Notes under the pieces: generated by a model
Told to the model about the DNA's origin: nothing
Seen by the model: only the letters and a program-made list of their open reading frames with translations
Database searches by the model: none
In this document: piece after piece, positions 41,730-50,498 of the stretch
Numbering within the stretch: position 1 is the stretch's first letter
How the letters are laid out: each line of letters opens with the position of its first letter
NCBI GenBank assembly: GCA_963807525.1
Contig: CAWECI010000021.1
Span: 112,913 to 176,912, forward strand
Direction of reading: 5' to 3'
Length of the DNA: 64,000 bases
DNA from: Candidatus Aminicenantes bacterium
Lineage (GTDB): Bacteria > Acidobacteriota > Aminicenantia > Aminicenantales > Saccharicenantaceae
Made by a program: the position numbers and the translations under genes

Positions 41730-43555
41730 CGGCCCAGCATCTCCTTGGCCACGCGGACGATGTGCGAGGCGCTGATGCCGTATCGCTCCAGGAGCTCGTC
41801 GGGCTTGCCCGAGCGCGGCAGCTCGCGGATGCAGAGGTGCCTGACGGAGGCCCGGCCGGCCAGGCTGCCGATCACGGCCTCGCCCAATCCGCCGGCTGGA
41901 TAATGGTCCTCCACGATGACGGCCCGGCCGCCCGTCTCGGCCACCTCGCGGCCGATGGTCTCGACGTCGAGCGGGGCGACCGAATAGGCGTCGATGACGC
42001 GCAGGCCGAGGCCCTCTTTGGCCAACAGGTCGAAGGCCTTGAGCGCCTCGTGCACCGTGATCCCGGCCGCGATGACCGTCACCGCGTCGGTGCCGCTCTT
42101 GCGCAGGACCTTGGAGCCGCCGATGGGGAAGGTCTCCCCGGCTCCGTAAAGGATCGGGGTCGCCGGGCGCGAGGTCCGGATATAGCAAAGGCCCCTGTGC
42201 GCCGCGGCCGCGGCGACGCAAGCCTCGGAGGAGACCGCGTCGCTCGGGTAAAGGACGACGCAGCCCGGGATGGGCCGGAACATGGCCAGGTCCTCGAGGC
42301 CCATTTGGGACGGGCCGTCTTCGCCGATGCTGACCCCGACATGCGAGCCGCAAACCTTGAGGTTCGAGAACGAATAGGCCGCCATGCGGATCTGATCGTG
42401 GGCCCGCGACAGGAAGGCCGCGAAAGTGGCCACGAACGGGATATAGCCTTTGGCCGCCAAGCCGACGCCCAGGCTGATCATGTTCTGCTCGTCGATGAAC
42501 GCTTCGAAGGACCGGCCGGGCAAGACGTCGAAGAACTTGTCCGCGTAGGTCGAGTTCTTGACGTCGCCGTCGATGGCGATCACGAGCGGGTTCGTCTCCC
42601 CGAGCTTGAGCAGGGCGTTGCCGTAGGCCAGACGCGTCGCCGTCTTTTCCGTGTATGCGGCCTTGGGAATGGCGACGGGGGCGGCGACGGCCTTCTTCTT
42701 GAAAGGCCGGGCCGGACGGACGAGCTTGTGGGAATCGACGTCCGTCAGGGACCCTATCTCTTCGAGGGCCCGGGCCAGCTCGTCAATCTTTAGGGGCCTG
42801 CCATGCCAGCCGTTCTTGTCCTCGACGAAGCTCACGCCCTTGCCCTTGATCGTCCGGGCCAGGATGACCGTGGGCAGGCCTTTCTTGCCGGCCAGCTTGA
42901 GCGCGGCCAGGATCTTGTCGATCTTGTGGCCATCGATGATGAGGGGGTCCCAGCCAAAGGCCCGGAACTTGCGGGCCAGGGCGGCCAGGTCGTGCTGATG
43001 CATGGTCGGACCCGACTGGCCGAGCCGATTGACGTCGACAATGGCGATGAGGTTGCGGAGCTTCCACAGGCCGGCGTCGGCCGCCGCCTCCCAGACCTGG
43101 CCTTCGGCGCATTCGCCGTCGCCCATGAGCACGAACGTGCGGGCGGGCGACTTGTCGAGGCGCTGGGCGATGGCCATCCCGGCGCCGACCGAAAGTCCCT
43201 GGCCGAGCGAGCCCGTCGCGGCCTTGACCCACGGCATGCGCGGCGTGGGGTGGCCCTCGAGGTCGCTCGTGATCTTGCGCAGGTCGAGCAGGCTCGCGAG
43301 GGGGATGAGCCCGGCCTCGGCATAGGCGGCCCAAAGGAGCGGCGCGGCGTGGCCTTTGGACAGGACGAACTCATCGTTCGCCGGGTCGTGCGGATCGGTC
43401 GTGTTCCAGCGCATCTCGGAGAAGAACAGGCAGGCGGCGATGTCCGCCGCCGACAGGCAGGATGTCGGGTGGCCGGAGCCCGCGGCCGTGGTCATGCGCA
43501 GACAGTGAACGCGCAGGCGGGTAGCGATCTTGCGGAGGTCGTCGATTCTCGCCAT
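41726..43555 (-). CDS. transketolase (single-chain, 609 aa)
   Basis: TTAAGSGHPTSCLS, GSLGQGLSVGAGMA and GDGECAEGQVWEA TPP motifs. The C-terminal pyrimidine-binding and transketolase-C parts are present. GGAGG SD. Confidence 0.85.
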   Translation of the reverse strand: MARIDDLRKIATRLRVHCLRMTTAAGSGHPTSCLSAADIAACLFFSEMRWNTTDPHDPANDEFVLSKGHAAPLLWAAYAEAGLIPLASLLDLRKITSDLEGHPTPRMPWVKAATGSLGQGLSVGAGMAIAQRLDKSPARTFVLMGDGECAEGQVWEAAADAGLWKLRNLIAIVDVNRLGQSGPTMHQHDLAALARKFRAFGWDPLIIDGHKIDKILAALKLAGKKGLPTVILARTIKGKGVSFVEDKNGWHGRPLKIDELARALEEIGSLTDVDSHKLVRPARPFKKKAVAAPVAIPKAAYTEKTATRLAYGNALLKLGETNPLVIAIDGDVKNSTYADKFFDVLPGRSFEAFIDEQNMISLGVGLAAKGYIPFVATFAAFLSRAHDQIRMAAYSFSNLKVCGSHVGVSIGEDGPSQMGLEDLAMFRPIPGCVVLYPSDAVSSEACVAAAAAHRGLCYIRTSRPATPILYGAGETFPIGGSKVLRKSGTDAVTVIAAGITVHEALKAFDLLAKEGLGLRVIDAYSVAPLDVETIGREVAETGGRAVIVEDHYPAGGLGEAVIGSLAGRASVRHLCIRELPRSGKPDELLERYGISASHIVRVAKEMLGR

Positions 43556-43602
43556 TGGGAGGTCCTCCTCAGCGGGGCTGGGACATCATCATCGACGCGG
43601 TC

Positions 43603-43611
43603 ATGATAGCA
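43603..43611 (-). promoter_or_regulatory. candidate extended -10 (TGCTATCAT) for transketolase
   Basis: The minus strand reads TTTCATGCTATCATGACC, about 48 nt upstream of the ATG. Confidence 0.35.
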
Positions 43612-43649
43612 TGAAACGGAGGTCGGGCAAAGCGGCGGGAAGGCCCGGA

Positions 43650-44990
43650 TCAGCGCGTGAAGGGCGTATCGGGAAAGCTGATGCGCCGCCCCACCGGCCG
43701 GCGGAGAGCGGCCAGCCGCAGGAGATAGGTCCCGATCCCGGCCGCGCCCTGCATGTAGCCGGTCTGGGCCAGAAGAAAGTCAGGCCGGGTGCGGTGCTCG
43801 GCCTGGACCCAGAACATGCGGCCGTCCTTCTCCGTGGCCTTGGCCAAGAGGCGCGCAGCGACGCGCTCGGAGAACGCGAGGTCGGCCTTGTCCCCCAACT
43901 CCTTGTAGAGGTCCAGAAAGAACTCGCCGACGCCGGCCAGGCCGCAACAGATGCCGGCGTTGTTCCAGAAGCCCGGCGTTTCGTGTTCCGGGATGCCGCT
44001 TTTCAGGAGGCCGTTGGCGGACCTGCGGACCCACGCCAGCCAAGTCCTGTCTCCCGTGACCCGCGCCAGAAGGACGAAGAGCCGGGCCGTGCCGACGGGT
44101 CCGTGGCACCAGCCGAGATAATAGAGGTCCTTGTTGTCGGGTTCGTCATGGAAGACGAGGCAGCTCTCCGCGTCGGTCTTGGCCACGGACATTAGATACT
44201 TGGCCCCGGCCAGAGCGGCGTCCAGGAATTCCCGCCGCCGGGTCTCGCGATAGAGAGCCGCCAGGAAATAGGCGATGCCGGCCGTGCCGTGGGAGAAATT
44301 CGGCATGAGGCGCGGGAAATCCGGGTCCATGGCCCACTTGAGGCCGCCGTTCTCGGGACGTCCGAGCTCGATGAGCCGCGAGCCGGCCCGCGCGGCCAGG
44401 TCCAGCCAGGCGTGGTCGCCGGTTTCATGGAACGCATAGATCAGAAAGAGCCCGGTGCCTGCGGCCCCGCTAATGATGTCCGTCGTCGAGCTCCATTCGA
44501 CCCCTTGACCCGCGGACCTGGCCGACGAAGCGACCCGCGCCAGGATATCGAGGAACCCGCGGCGATACCTATCGTCCTGGGACGCCTTGAAGGTCTCCGC
44601 GAGGCAGAAACCGATCCCGGAGAGGCCTTCGTAGAGGCCCATGCCTTCGACCGACGCGGCCTTTGACAGAAGATAATCGGCGCCGGCCTTGGCATCGGAA
44701 AGGAACGTCTCGGTCCCCGTCGCGAAATAGGCCTGCAGGTCGAACAGGACCACGCCCGGGATGCCGCTGTAGAGGTCCAGGCCCACGGACTTCGGGTCGG
44801 CCGGAACGGCCGGCCAGGACAGGCCTTCGGGCGTGCGGATCGCGGCCGACCTGATCCAGGCCCCGGCCTTGAGCGCCGCACCAAGGTAAGGTTCCAGCAT
44901 CGGCCGCCGGCAGGCCGTCCCGGCCGAAAGAGCCAATGTCCCGGCGCACCAAAACGCCGCGAGCTTCGCCCGGCAGAGGGAGGCGGACAT
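43650..44990 (-). CDS. LanC-like (lanthionine synthetase C family) protein with N-terminal signal-like segment
   Basis: Repeated GxxG helices. NFSHGTAGIAYF, LGWCHGPVG and GICCGLAGVG align to the LanC His, Cys and Cys-His motifs. Intact 446 aa. The rest of ORF 43650..46115 is out of frame with the dGTPase-like gene. Confidence 0.75.
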   Translation of the reverse strand: MSASLCRAKLAAFWCAGTLALSAGTACRRPMLEPYLGAALKAGAWIRSAAIRTPEGLSWPAVPADPKSVGLDLYSGIPGVVLFDLQAYFATGTETFLSDAKAGADYLLSKAASVEGMGLYEGLSGIGFCLAETFKASQDDRYRRGFLDILARVASSARSAGQGVEWSSTTDIISGAAGTGLFLIYAFHETGDHAWLDLAARAGSRLIELGRPENGGLKWAMDPDFPRLMPNFSHGTAGIAYFLAALYRETRRREFLDAALAGAKYLMSVAKTDAESCLVFHDEPDNKDLYYLGWCHGPVGTARLFVLLARVTGDRTWLAWVRRSANGLLKSGIPEHETPGFWNNAGICCGLAGVGEFFLDLYKELGDKADLAFSERVAARLLAKATEKDGRMFWVQAEHRTRPDFLLAQTGYMQGAAGIGTYLLRLAALRRPVGRRISFPDTPFTR

Positions 44991-45001
44991 GGTGCGCGCC
45001 C

Positions 45002-46033
45002 TCATAGGATCGGCCAGGCCTTGGGCAAGAAGATCTGCTCGTAGAGGGCCATGGCGTAGCGGTCGGTCATGCCGGCGATGAAGTCGCCGACCCGAACGAT
45101 GACCGGGTCGCCGGCCGGATAGGGCCGGATATAATCGGCGGGACGCTCCATGATATAGCCGAAGAGGTCCTTGATGATCTTCTCGGTCTTGCGCAGCTCG
45201 TCGCGGGCCGCCGAATTGAAATAGACGTTCTGGTAGAGAAACTCCCGAAGCTCGACGACGGCCTTCATGATCCGGTCGCTCATGGCGATCCGCTCGAGCC
45301 CCGCGGCCAGGCTGGCCTCGACGACGTCCATGACCATCCGGTCGATGCGCGTGGCGTGCCACTTGCCCAGGATCTTGACCAGGCCGGGCGGGATGTCCTC
45401 GTCCTTGATGATGCCGGCCCGCAAGGCGTCGTCGATGTCGTGATTGACGTAGGCGATGACATCGGAAACGCGCACGACCTGGCCTTCGAGCGTCGAGGGC
45501 ATGTCCTCGACGTCCTCGTCGAAGATCTCGCCACGGCCCTTGGAGTGCCGCTGGATGCCGTCCCGGACCTCGAAGGTCAGGTTGAGGCCCTTGCCCTCGT
45601 ACTCGAGCTTCTCGACGACGCGCAGGCTTTGGTCGGCGTGATGAAAGCCGTGCGGCAGCAGCTGGCGCAGCGTCTGTTCGCCGGCGTGCCCGAACGGCGT
45701 GTGGCCGAGGTCGTGGCCCAGGGCGATGGCCTCGGTCAGGTCCTCGTTGAGCCGCAGGGCCTTGGCGATCGTCCGGGCGATCTGCGAGACCTCCAGGCAA
45801 TGGGTCAGCCGGGTCCGGTAATGGTCGCCGAACGGCGACAGGAAGACCTGGGTCTTGTGCTTGAGCCGGCGGAACGACTTGGAGTGGATGATCCGGTCGC
45901 GGTCGCGCTGGAAGTCCGTGCGCAGGACGTGCGCGGCCTCGGGCCGGACGCGGCCCTTGGTGCGGGCGCTCAGGCTGGCCTTGGGCGACAGGATCTGCTC
46001 TTCGGTCTTCTCCAGCTCTTCGCGGATGGTCAT
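45002..46033 (-). CDS. deoxyguanosinetriphosphate triphosphohydrolase-like HD-domain protein
   Basis: [37 protein letters not shown] and [13 protein letters not shown] motifs. Intact 343 aa. Confidence 0.85.
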   Translation of the reverse strand: MTIREELEKTEEQILSPKASLSARTKGRVRPEAAHVLRTDFQRDRDRIIHSKSFRRLKHKTQVFLSPFGDHYRTRLTHCLEVSQIARTIAKALRLNEDLTEAIALGHDLGHTPFGHAGEQTLRQLLPHGFHHADQSLRVVEKLEYEGKGLNLTFEVRDGIQRHSKGRGEIFDEDVEDMPSTLEGQVVRVSDVIAYVNHDIDDALRAGIIKDEDIPPGLVKILGKWHATRIDRMVMDVVEASLAAGLERIAMSDRIMKAVVELREFLYQNVYFNSAARDELRKTEKIIKDLFGYIMERPADYIRPYPAGDPVIVRVGDFIAGMTDRYAMALYEQIFLPKAWPIL

Positions 46034-46075
46034 GGGCCTCTCCCCTGTATCGCCGATTATATCGCAAGACGGGGT

Positions 46076-46164
46076 CAGACCTAAACCTTTTAACTTCGAG
46101 CCGGGCGGCGGACATGCCAACATTCGATCTTGCCGCCAGCGAAAAGTGAAAAGGTTTAGGTCTG
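46076..46164. repeat. 89-nt imperfect palindrome with AT-rich arms
   Basis: CAGACCTAAACCTTTTAACTTCG ... CGAAAAGTGAAAAGGTTTAGGTCTG, with an inner stem GGCGGC/GCCGCC. Confidence 0.6.
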
Positions 46165-46181
46165 GCCCCATCTTTGATAAG

Positions 46182-46852
46182 ATGGACGCCATGAACGGAA
46201 CGATCGCCTCCAACGTCAAGGCCATCCTGGCCGAGCTTCCCCCGGAGTCGAGCTCGTCGCCGCGGCCAAGACGCGCACCGCGGCCGAGATCCTCGAGGCC
46301 GTCGAGGCCGGGGTCCGGATGATCGGCGAGAACTACGTCCAGGAGGCGGCCGCGATCTTCCCGGCCGTCGGCCGGCGGGCCCGCTGGCATCTCATCGGCC
46401 ATCTCCAGACGAACAAGGCCAGGAAGGCCGTCGAGATCTTCGACCTCGTCGAGACGGTCGATTCGATCGGGCTCGGGCAGGAGCTCGACAAGCGGGCCGC
46501 GGCGGCGGGAAAGACGATGGACGTCTTGGTCGAGATCAACAGCGGCCGGGAGCCGCAAAAGACCGGAGTCATGCCGGAGGACGCCGAGGGCCTGGTCCGG
46601 TCGCTGGCGGCCCTGCCCCGCCTGCATGTCCTGGGCCTGATGACCATGGGGCCCTTCGAGGGCGCCCCTGAGGATTCGCGGCCCTATTTCGTGGAAACCC
46701 GGCGGGTCTTCGAGGCGCTCAAGTCCGCGGCCATCGCGGGCGTCGAGATGCGGCACCTGTCCATGGGCATGTCGCATTCCTGGCGCGTGGCCATCCAAGA
46801 AGGGGCGACCTTGGTCCGCATCGGGACCGCCATCTTCGGGCCGCGTCCCTGA
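46182..46852 (+). pseudogene. yggS: YggS family pyridoxal-phosphate homeostasis protein, one -1 frameshift near 46240
   Basis: [21 protein letters not shown] is in one frame. [33 protein letters not shown]...[10 protein letters not shown]...MGMSHSW...VRIGTAIFG is in the next. The shift is consistent with a C missing from a C-run. Confidence 0.8.
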
Positions 46853-46864
46853 CCGGGCGGTCGT

Positions 46865-48103
46865 TCAATCGGGCTTGTCTTTGGGCTCTCCGTCCTCGAT
46901 CGCGATGACCTCCGCTTCGGCCTCGAGGGCCTCGACCTCGGCCAGGCCCTTGAGCTGCTGCAGGTCCTCGATCTTCTGGATGGACCTGTCCAGCTTGCCC
47001 TGACGGGTCGTCGTCATCTTACGGAACTCGTCGCGGGCGCCGTCGAGCTTCTCCCCCATCTTGGCCATGCATTCCCCGAACCGTTCCCATTCTTTCTTGA
47101 AGTTCTTGACCAGGCCCAGGATCTCGCCGGCCGTCTTCTCCATGCTGAAATTGTCGAGCGACTGCCGGATGATGGCCAGGATCGCGAACAGCGTGAAGGG
47201 CGAGCAGAGAATGACCTTGGCCTTCAGGGCCTCGTCCATGATCTCCGGGTCGTTCTCGTTGATGAAGGCGTAGACCTGTTCGTTCGGGATGAAGACGAGG
47301 ACGTAGTCGAGCGTCTTTTCCTCCGGATTGATGTAGTCCCGGGTCGTGACCTCCTTGATCCGGGTCCGGACGTCGCGGAGGAACTGGGCCCTATGGCTCT
47401 CGCAGGCCGCGTCGTTGTCGGCTTCGAGATAACGAAGATAGCTATTGAGAGGGAACTTGACGTCCATGTTGACCTTCAGGCCCTGGGGCAGCCAGAAGGT
47501 GTAGTCCGGTCGCGAAGCGGCCATGTCCAGGACCTTCTGCTTGATGTAATTTACGCCCTCGACGAAGCCAGCCAGCCTCAGGACGTCCTCGGCCATGCGC
47601 TCGCCCCACTGGCCGCGGGCCTTGGTGCTGACCAGGGCCTGACGCAGGTGGTCGGCCGTGTCCTGGAGGCGGGAGGTCTCCCGGGCCGCCGTCTTCAGCT
47701 GGGCGTCGAGCTGGCCGTACTGATGGGCCCGTTCGCTCTCGAACCTCGCGACCAGCTCCTGCATCTTGTGGATGTCGAGCTTCATCGTGGACAGGTTCTG
47801 GTCGATGAGCTGCTTCTTCGCTTCGAGGTCCTTCTCGCCGAGGTGGACCCGGCCGTCCAGTTTCTCCTTGGCCAGATTGAGCAGCTCCTCGGTGCTGGCT
47901 TTGAGGGCGTCCTGGGACAAGCGGCCGAAGCTGTCCCGGACCCGGCCGAGAAGGGTCTCGAGGTCCTGGACCTTCTGGGCTTCGGTCTCGCTGACCAGGG
48001 CCCGGGCGATCTCCCGGGTATCTTTCTTGCGCAGCATGTGAGCGATCCCAACGACCAGGGCGCCGAAGACGACGCCGCCCGCGAACAACAGGATCTCGGT
48101 CAC
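46865..48103 (-). CDS. rmuC: DNA recombination protein RmuC
   Basis: N-terminal membrane helix, long coiled-coil region, and a C-terminal RmuC-type region (DYVLVFIPNEQVYAFI...). Intact 412 aa. Confidence 0.75.
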   Translation of the reverse strand: MTEILLFAGGVVFGALVVGIAHMLRKKDTREIARALVSETEAQKVQDLETLLGRVRDSFGRLSQDALKASTEELLNLAKEKLDGRVHLGEKDLEAKKQLIDQNLSTMKLDIHKMQELVARFESERAHQYGQLDAQLKTAARETSRLQDTADHLRQALVSTKARGQWGERMAEDVLRLAGFVEGVNYIKQKVLDMAASRPDYTFWLPQGLKVNMDVKFPLNSYLRYLEADNDAACESHRAQFLRDVRTRIKEVTTRDYINPEEKTLDYVLVFIPNEQVYAFINENDPEIMDEALKAKVILCSPFTLFAILAIIRQSLDNFSMEKTAGEILGLVKNFKKEWERFGECMAKMGEKLDGARDEFRKMTTTRQGKLDRSIQKIEDLQQLKGLAEVEALEAEAEVIAIEDGEPKDKPD

Positions 48104-48477
48104 AGGTCTTCTCCTTCACCGCCGCCGGACTCGCCGTCCTCGGCGGCCTCTTTGGCCCTGGCGGCGTCGTCCATGGCCTGGTCGAGGTCCTCGTCAAGGC
48201 CCTCGCCGGCCTCCTCCCCCATCTCCCGGCCCATTCTTTTCATCCACCGGGCCACGCTCTGGGGATCGTTCTCGTCGAGCCCGGCGAGCGACGAGGGGTC
48301 GGCCAGGCGTTCGAGCCGGCTCCCCTCGGACGTGAGGACGGCGACGCGGGAGATGAGCTTGGCCATGCGCCGGCCACCGCAATGACTGCAGACCGGATCG
48401 ACCGACTTGTTCACCGACAGGGTGACGATCGTCGTCTTCTTGCGGCAATCGGCGCAGCGATATTCGTAGATCGGCAT
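48100..48477 (-). CDS. FmdB family zinc-ribbon protein
   Basis: MPIYEYRCADCRKK...CSHCGG (CxxC...CxxC) with an acidic tail. 4-nt overlap with rmuC. Confidence 0.75.
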   Translation of the reverse strand: MPIYEYRCADCRKKTTIVTLSVNKSVDPVCSHCGGRRMAKLISRVAVLTSEGSRLERLADPSSLAGLDENDPQSVARWMKRMGREMGEEAGEGLDEDLDQAMDDAARAKEAAEDGESGGGEGEDL

Positions 48478-48494
48478 ATCTGATCAGATCTCCA

Positions 48495-48998
48495 TCATTT
48501 GGTCCGCCCTTCCGGGATGGCCGCGGCGATAGCCTGTCCAAGTCCGAGGATCAGGCTTTTCGTCTGCTCGGTCTCCCGTTCGGTCGAGACGGTGACGAAA
48601 TAGCGATCCTTCCAGAACGACAGGAGGCCGTCCTGATAAGCCGAGCCATGGCCGAGGCCGGCTGCCCGGCCTTTGCGCGCCAGGGCGAAAACACCTGACG
48701 CCTCCCCGGGCGCACCCATATCGAACGCGTCGACAAGGATGTCCGGCTGGCCGTCCTTGATAAAGCGCCGGGCGACCAGGACCTCGAGGTGATGGGACCG
48801 GACGAGCTCGGCCAGGCGGCCGAGATCGCCGGGGATGGAAGCCGCGTCATAGACCTGGTCGGCCTCCGACAGCCAGGGGCCGGCCGTAGCGGGGATGTAG
48901 GAGCCGATCAAGCGGGCGTCCGCGGCGGGGGTCTGACCGGTCCGCCCGGCTCCCGCCAGACAGGCCACAAGGAGGGCGAGGACGGCGGCCTTCTTCAT
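48495..48998 (-). CDS. hypothetical lipoprotein
   Basis: MKKAAVLALLVACLAG lipobox-type signal. 167 aa. Only this C-terminal part of ORF 48495..50423 looks coding; the rest is antisense to the cytochrome gene. Confidence 0.55.
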   Translation of the reverse strand: MKKAAVLALLVACLAGAGRTGQTPAADARLIGSYIPATAGPWLSEADQVYDAASIPGDLGRLAELVRSHHLEVLVARRFIKDGQPDILVDAFDMGAPGEASGVFALARKGRAAGLGHGSAYQDGLLSFWKDRYFVTVSTERETEQTKSLILGLGQAIAAAIPEGRTK

Positions 48999-49109
48999 TC
49001 CCGCCGATTGTATCACGGCCTCCGGGGGGTCGCAAGGCAACGGACCGGCCGCCTCCGGAGTTTGCAAAATGAGGGCATTCCGTGAATAATATCCCGGAAG
49101 GAGATTTGT

Positions 49110-50447
49110 ATGCTTGAGCGCCGACGGTTCGTTCCCGCCCTGCTCGTGCTGGCTTTGGCCGCTTTTCTCGGCTCTTGTTCGACCACGTCCAATGAGGTGA
49201 CGGCCGTCGATATCCCCGCGACGTCGATGTCCTATGTCGTTCTCGCCTGGAGCGAGATGGGCATGCGCTTCATGAATCGCACCTATGATGCCGAGGTCCT
49301 TCAGCCGCCCTACAACACCCTGCTCGCCCAGGTCATCCGGCGCGGGGACCCGCCCCAGATCGTGACGACCGGCATCACCATCGAGTACAGCTTCGTCGGC
49401 AACACCTATTCGTACGGCAAGACCACGACCGGCCCCATCCGCGATTACGCCCAGTTCTGGGATAACGCGTTCAATCTCTTCGGCGTCAACCTGGCCCACG
49501 ACCATGGCCTCAACTACACCGACCCGGGCGTCTCCAACGGCCTCTCGGGGGCCATGCTGCTCAAGGGCGACCGCTTCGAGATCGATGGCATCCCCCTCGT
49601 GCCGATCAACGACGCCGGGACCTGGGACCCCTACCAAGTGGCCCAGATCGTCGTCCGCGACTCGGCGACCGGGGCCGAGCTGGCCCGGACGACCACGACC
49701 GCCGAGACCTCCGACGAGATCAACTGCGCCAAATGCCACGGTCAGACCGTGAGCACGCGGGAGATCGGGTCCGTTCTTCAGTCTCACGACAAGCTCTCGG
49801 GCACGACCTTCGCCCTCGACGGCCAGCCCGTGCTCTGCGCCTCCTGCCACGGCAGCCCGATCCTGGGGACGACCGGAGCGGGCTCGTCGGAAGAGTACCT
49901 GTCCTACGCGGTCCACGTTTTTCACTACAACCAGTCGATCGCCTGCTACGATTGCCATCCCGGATCGACGACCCTGGCCAACCGGAGCGCGGCCCATGAC
50001 AGCAGCACCGGGAACTGCACGGCCTGTCACGGCGACCTCGTCGATCTCGGCGTCGGCATCGCCGCCGGCCGGGTCCCCTGGGTCACCGAGGCCAAGTGCG
50101 TCGATTGCCACACCTTTGTGGCCGAAGTCGATACGGGAACGTCCCTTTACCGGAACGGGATCGGGCACGGCGGGCTGTCCTGCCCGGCCTGTCACGGTCC
50201 GGCCCACGCCACGGTCCCTTCCACCAAGGATCCCGACAACGCCCAGGCCATCCAATACCAGACCAAGGCCCTGACCATCGGCGACTGCAAGGTCTGCCAC
50301 CAGACATCCAAAGGCGGGGGCCTGAATCGGGTCCTTCAGGGTCACAGCGGCAATCAGCCAACGGCCTGCAATGTCTGCCACACGGGGCCGATCACGACCA
50401 CCAACCCGATCGGCTTCCCCCACCAGTTCCAGCAGCGCGCCCGCTGA
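49110..50447 (+). CDS. octahaem c-type cytochrome lipoprotein
   Basis: Eight CxxCH motifs (CAKCH, CASCH, CYDCH, CTACH, CVDCH, CPACH, CKVCH, CNVCH). Signal with lipobox LGSC. GGAG SD. Confidence 0.85.
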   Translation: MLERRRFVPALLVLALAAFLGSCSTTSNEVTAVDIPATSMSYVVLAWSEMGMRFMNRTYDAEVLQPPYNTLLAQVIRRGDPPQIVTTGITIEYSFVGNTYSYGKTTTGPIRDYAQFWDNAFNLFGVNLAHDHGLNYTDPGVSNGLSGAMLLKGDRFEIDGIPLVPINDAGTWDPYQVAQIVVRDSATGAELARTTTTAETSDEINCAKCHGQTVSTREIGSVLQSHDKLSGTTFALDGQPVLCASCHGSPILGTTGAGSSEEYLSYAVHVFHYNQSIACYDCHPGSTTLANRSAAHDSSTGNCTACHGDLVDLGVGIAAGRVPWVTEAKCVDCHTFVAEVDTGTSLYRNGIGHGGLSCPACHGPAHATVPSTKDPDNAQAIQYQTKALTIGDCKVCHQTSKGGGLNRVLQGHSGNQPTACNVCHTGPITTTNPIGFPHQFQQRAR

Positions 50448-50450
50448 GTC

Positions 50451-50492
50451 CTCGAGAAGGAGCTGGCCCCGGAGGGGACTGTCCGTCTCGAG
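50451..50492. terminator. hairpin CTCGAGA / TCTCGAG between the convergent cytochrome and acd genes (GAGGGA family)
   Basis: 7-bp stem and 28-nt loop. It contains CCTCGAGAAGGA and GAGGGGACTGTCC, which are related to words at 32032, 39362 and 55636. Confidence 0.3.
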
Positions 50493-50498
50493 CGGCGT

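Noticed and set aside
40940-48103. Nuclease, HD dGTPase-like, LanC-like and RmuC genes as a possible anti-phage defence island
   Set aside because: The genes are interspersed with core metabolism (transketolase, yggS). They show no compositional shift and lack defence hallmarks such as ATPase/helicase partners, methylases, TIR/SIR2/HEPN domains or mobile-element borders. Each resembles the common housekeeping form.
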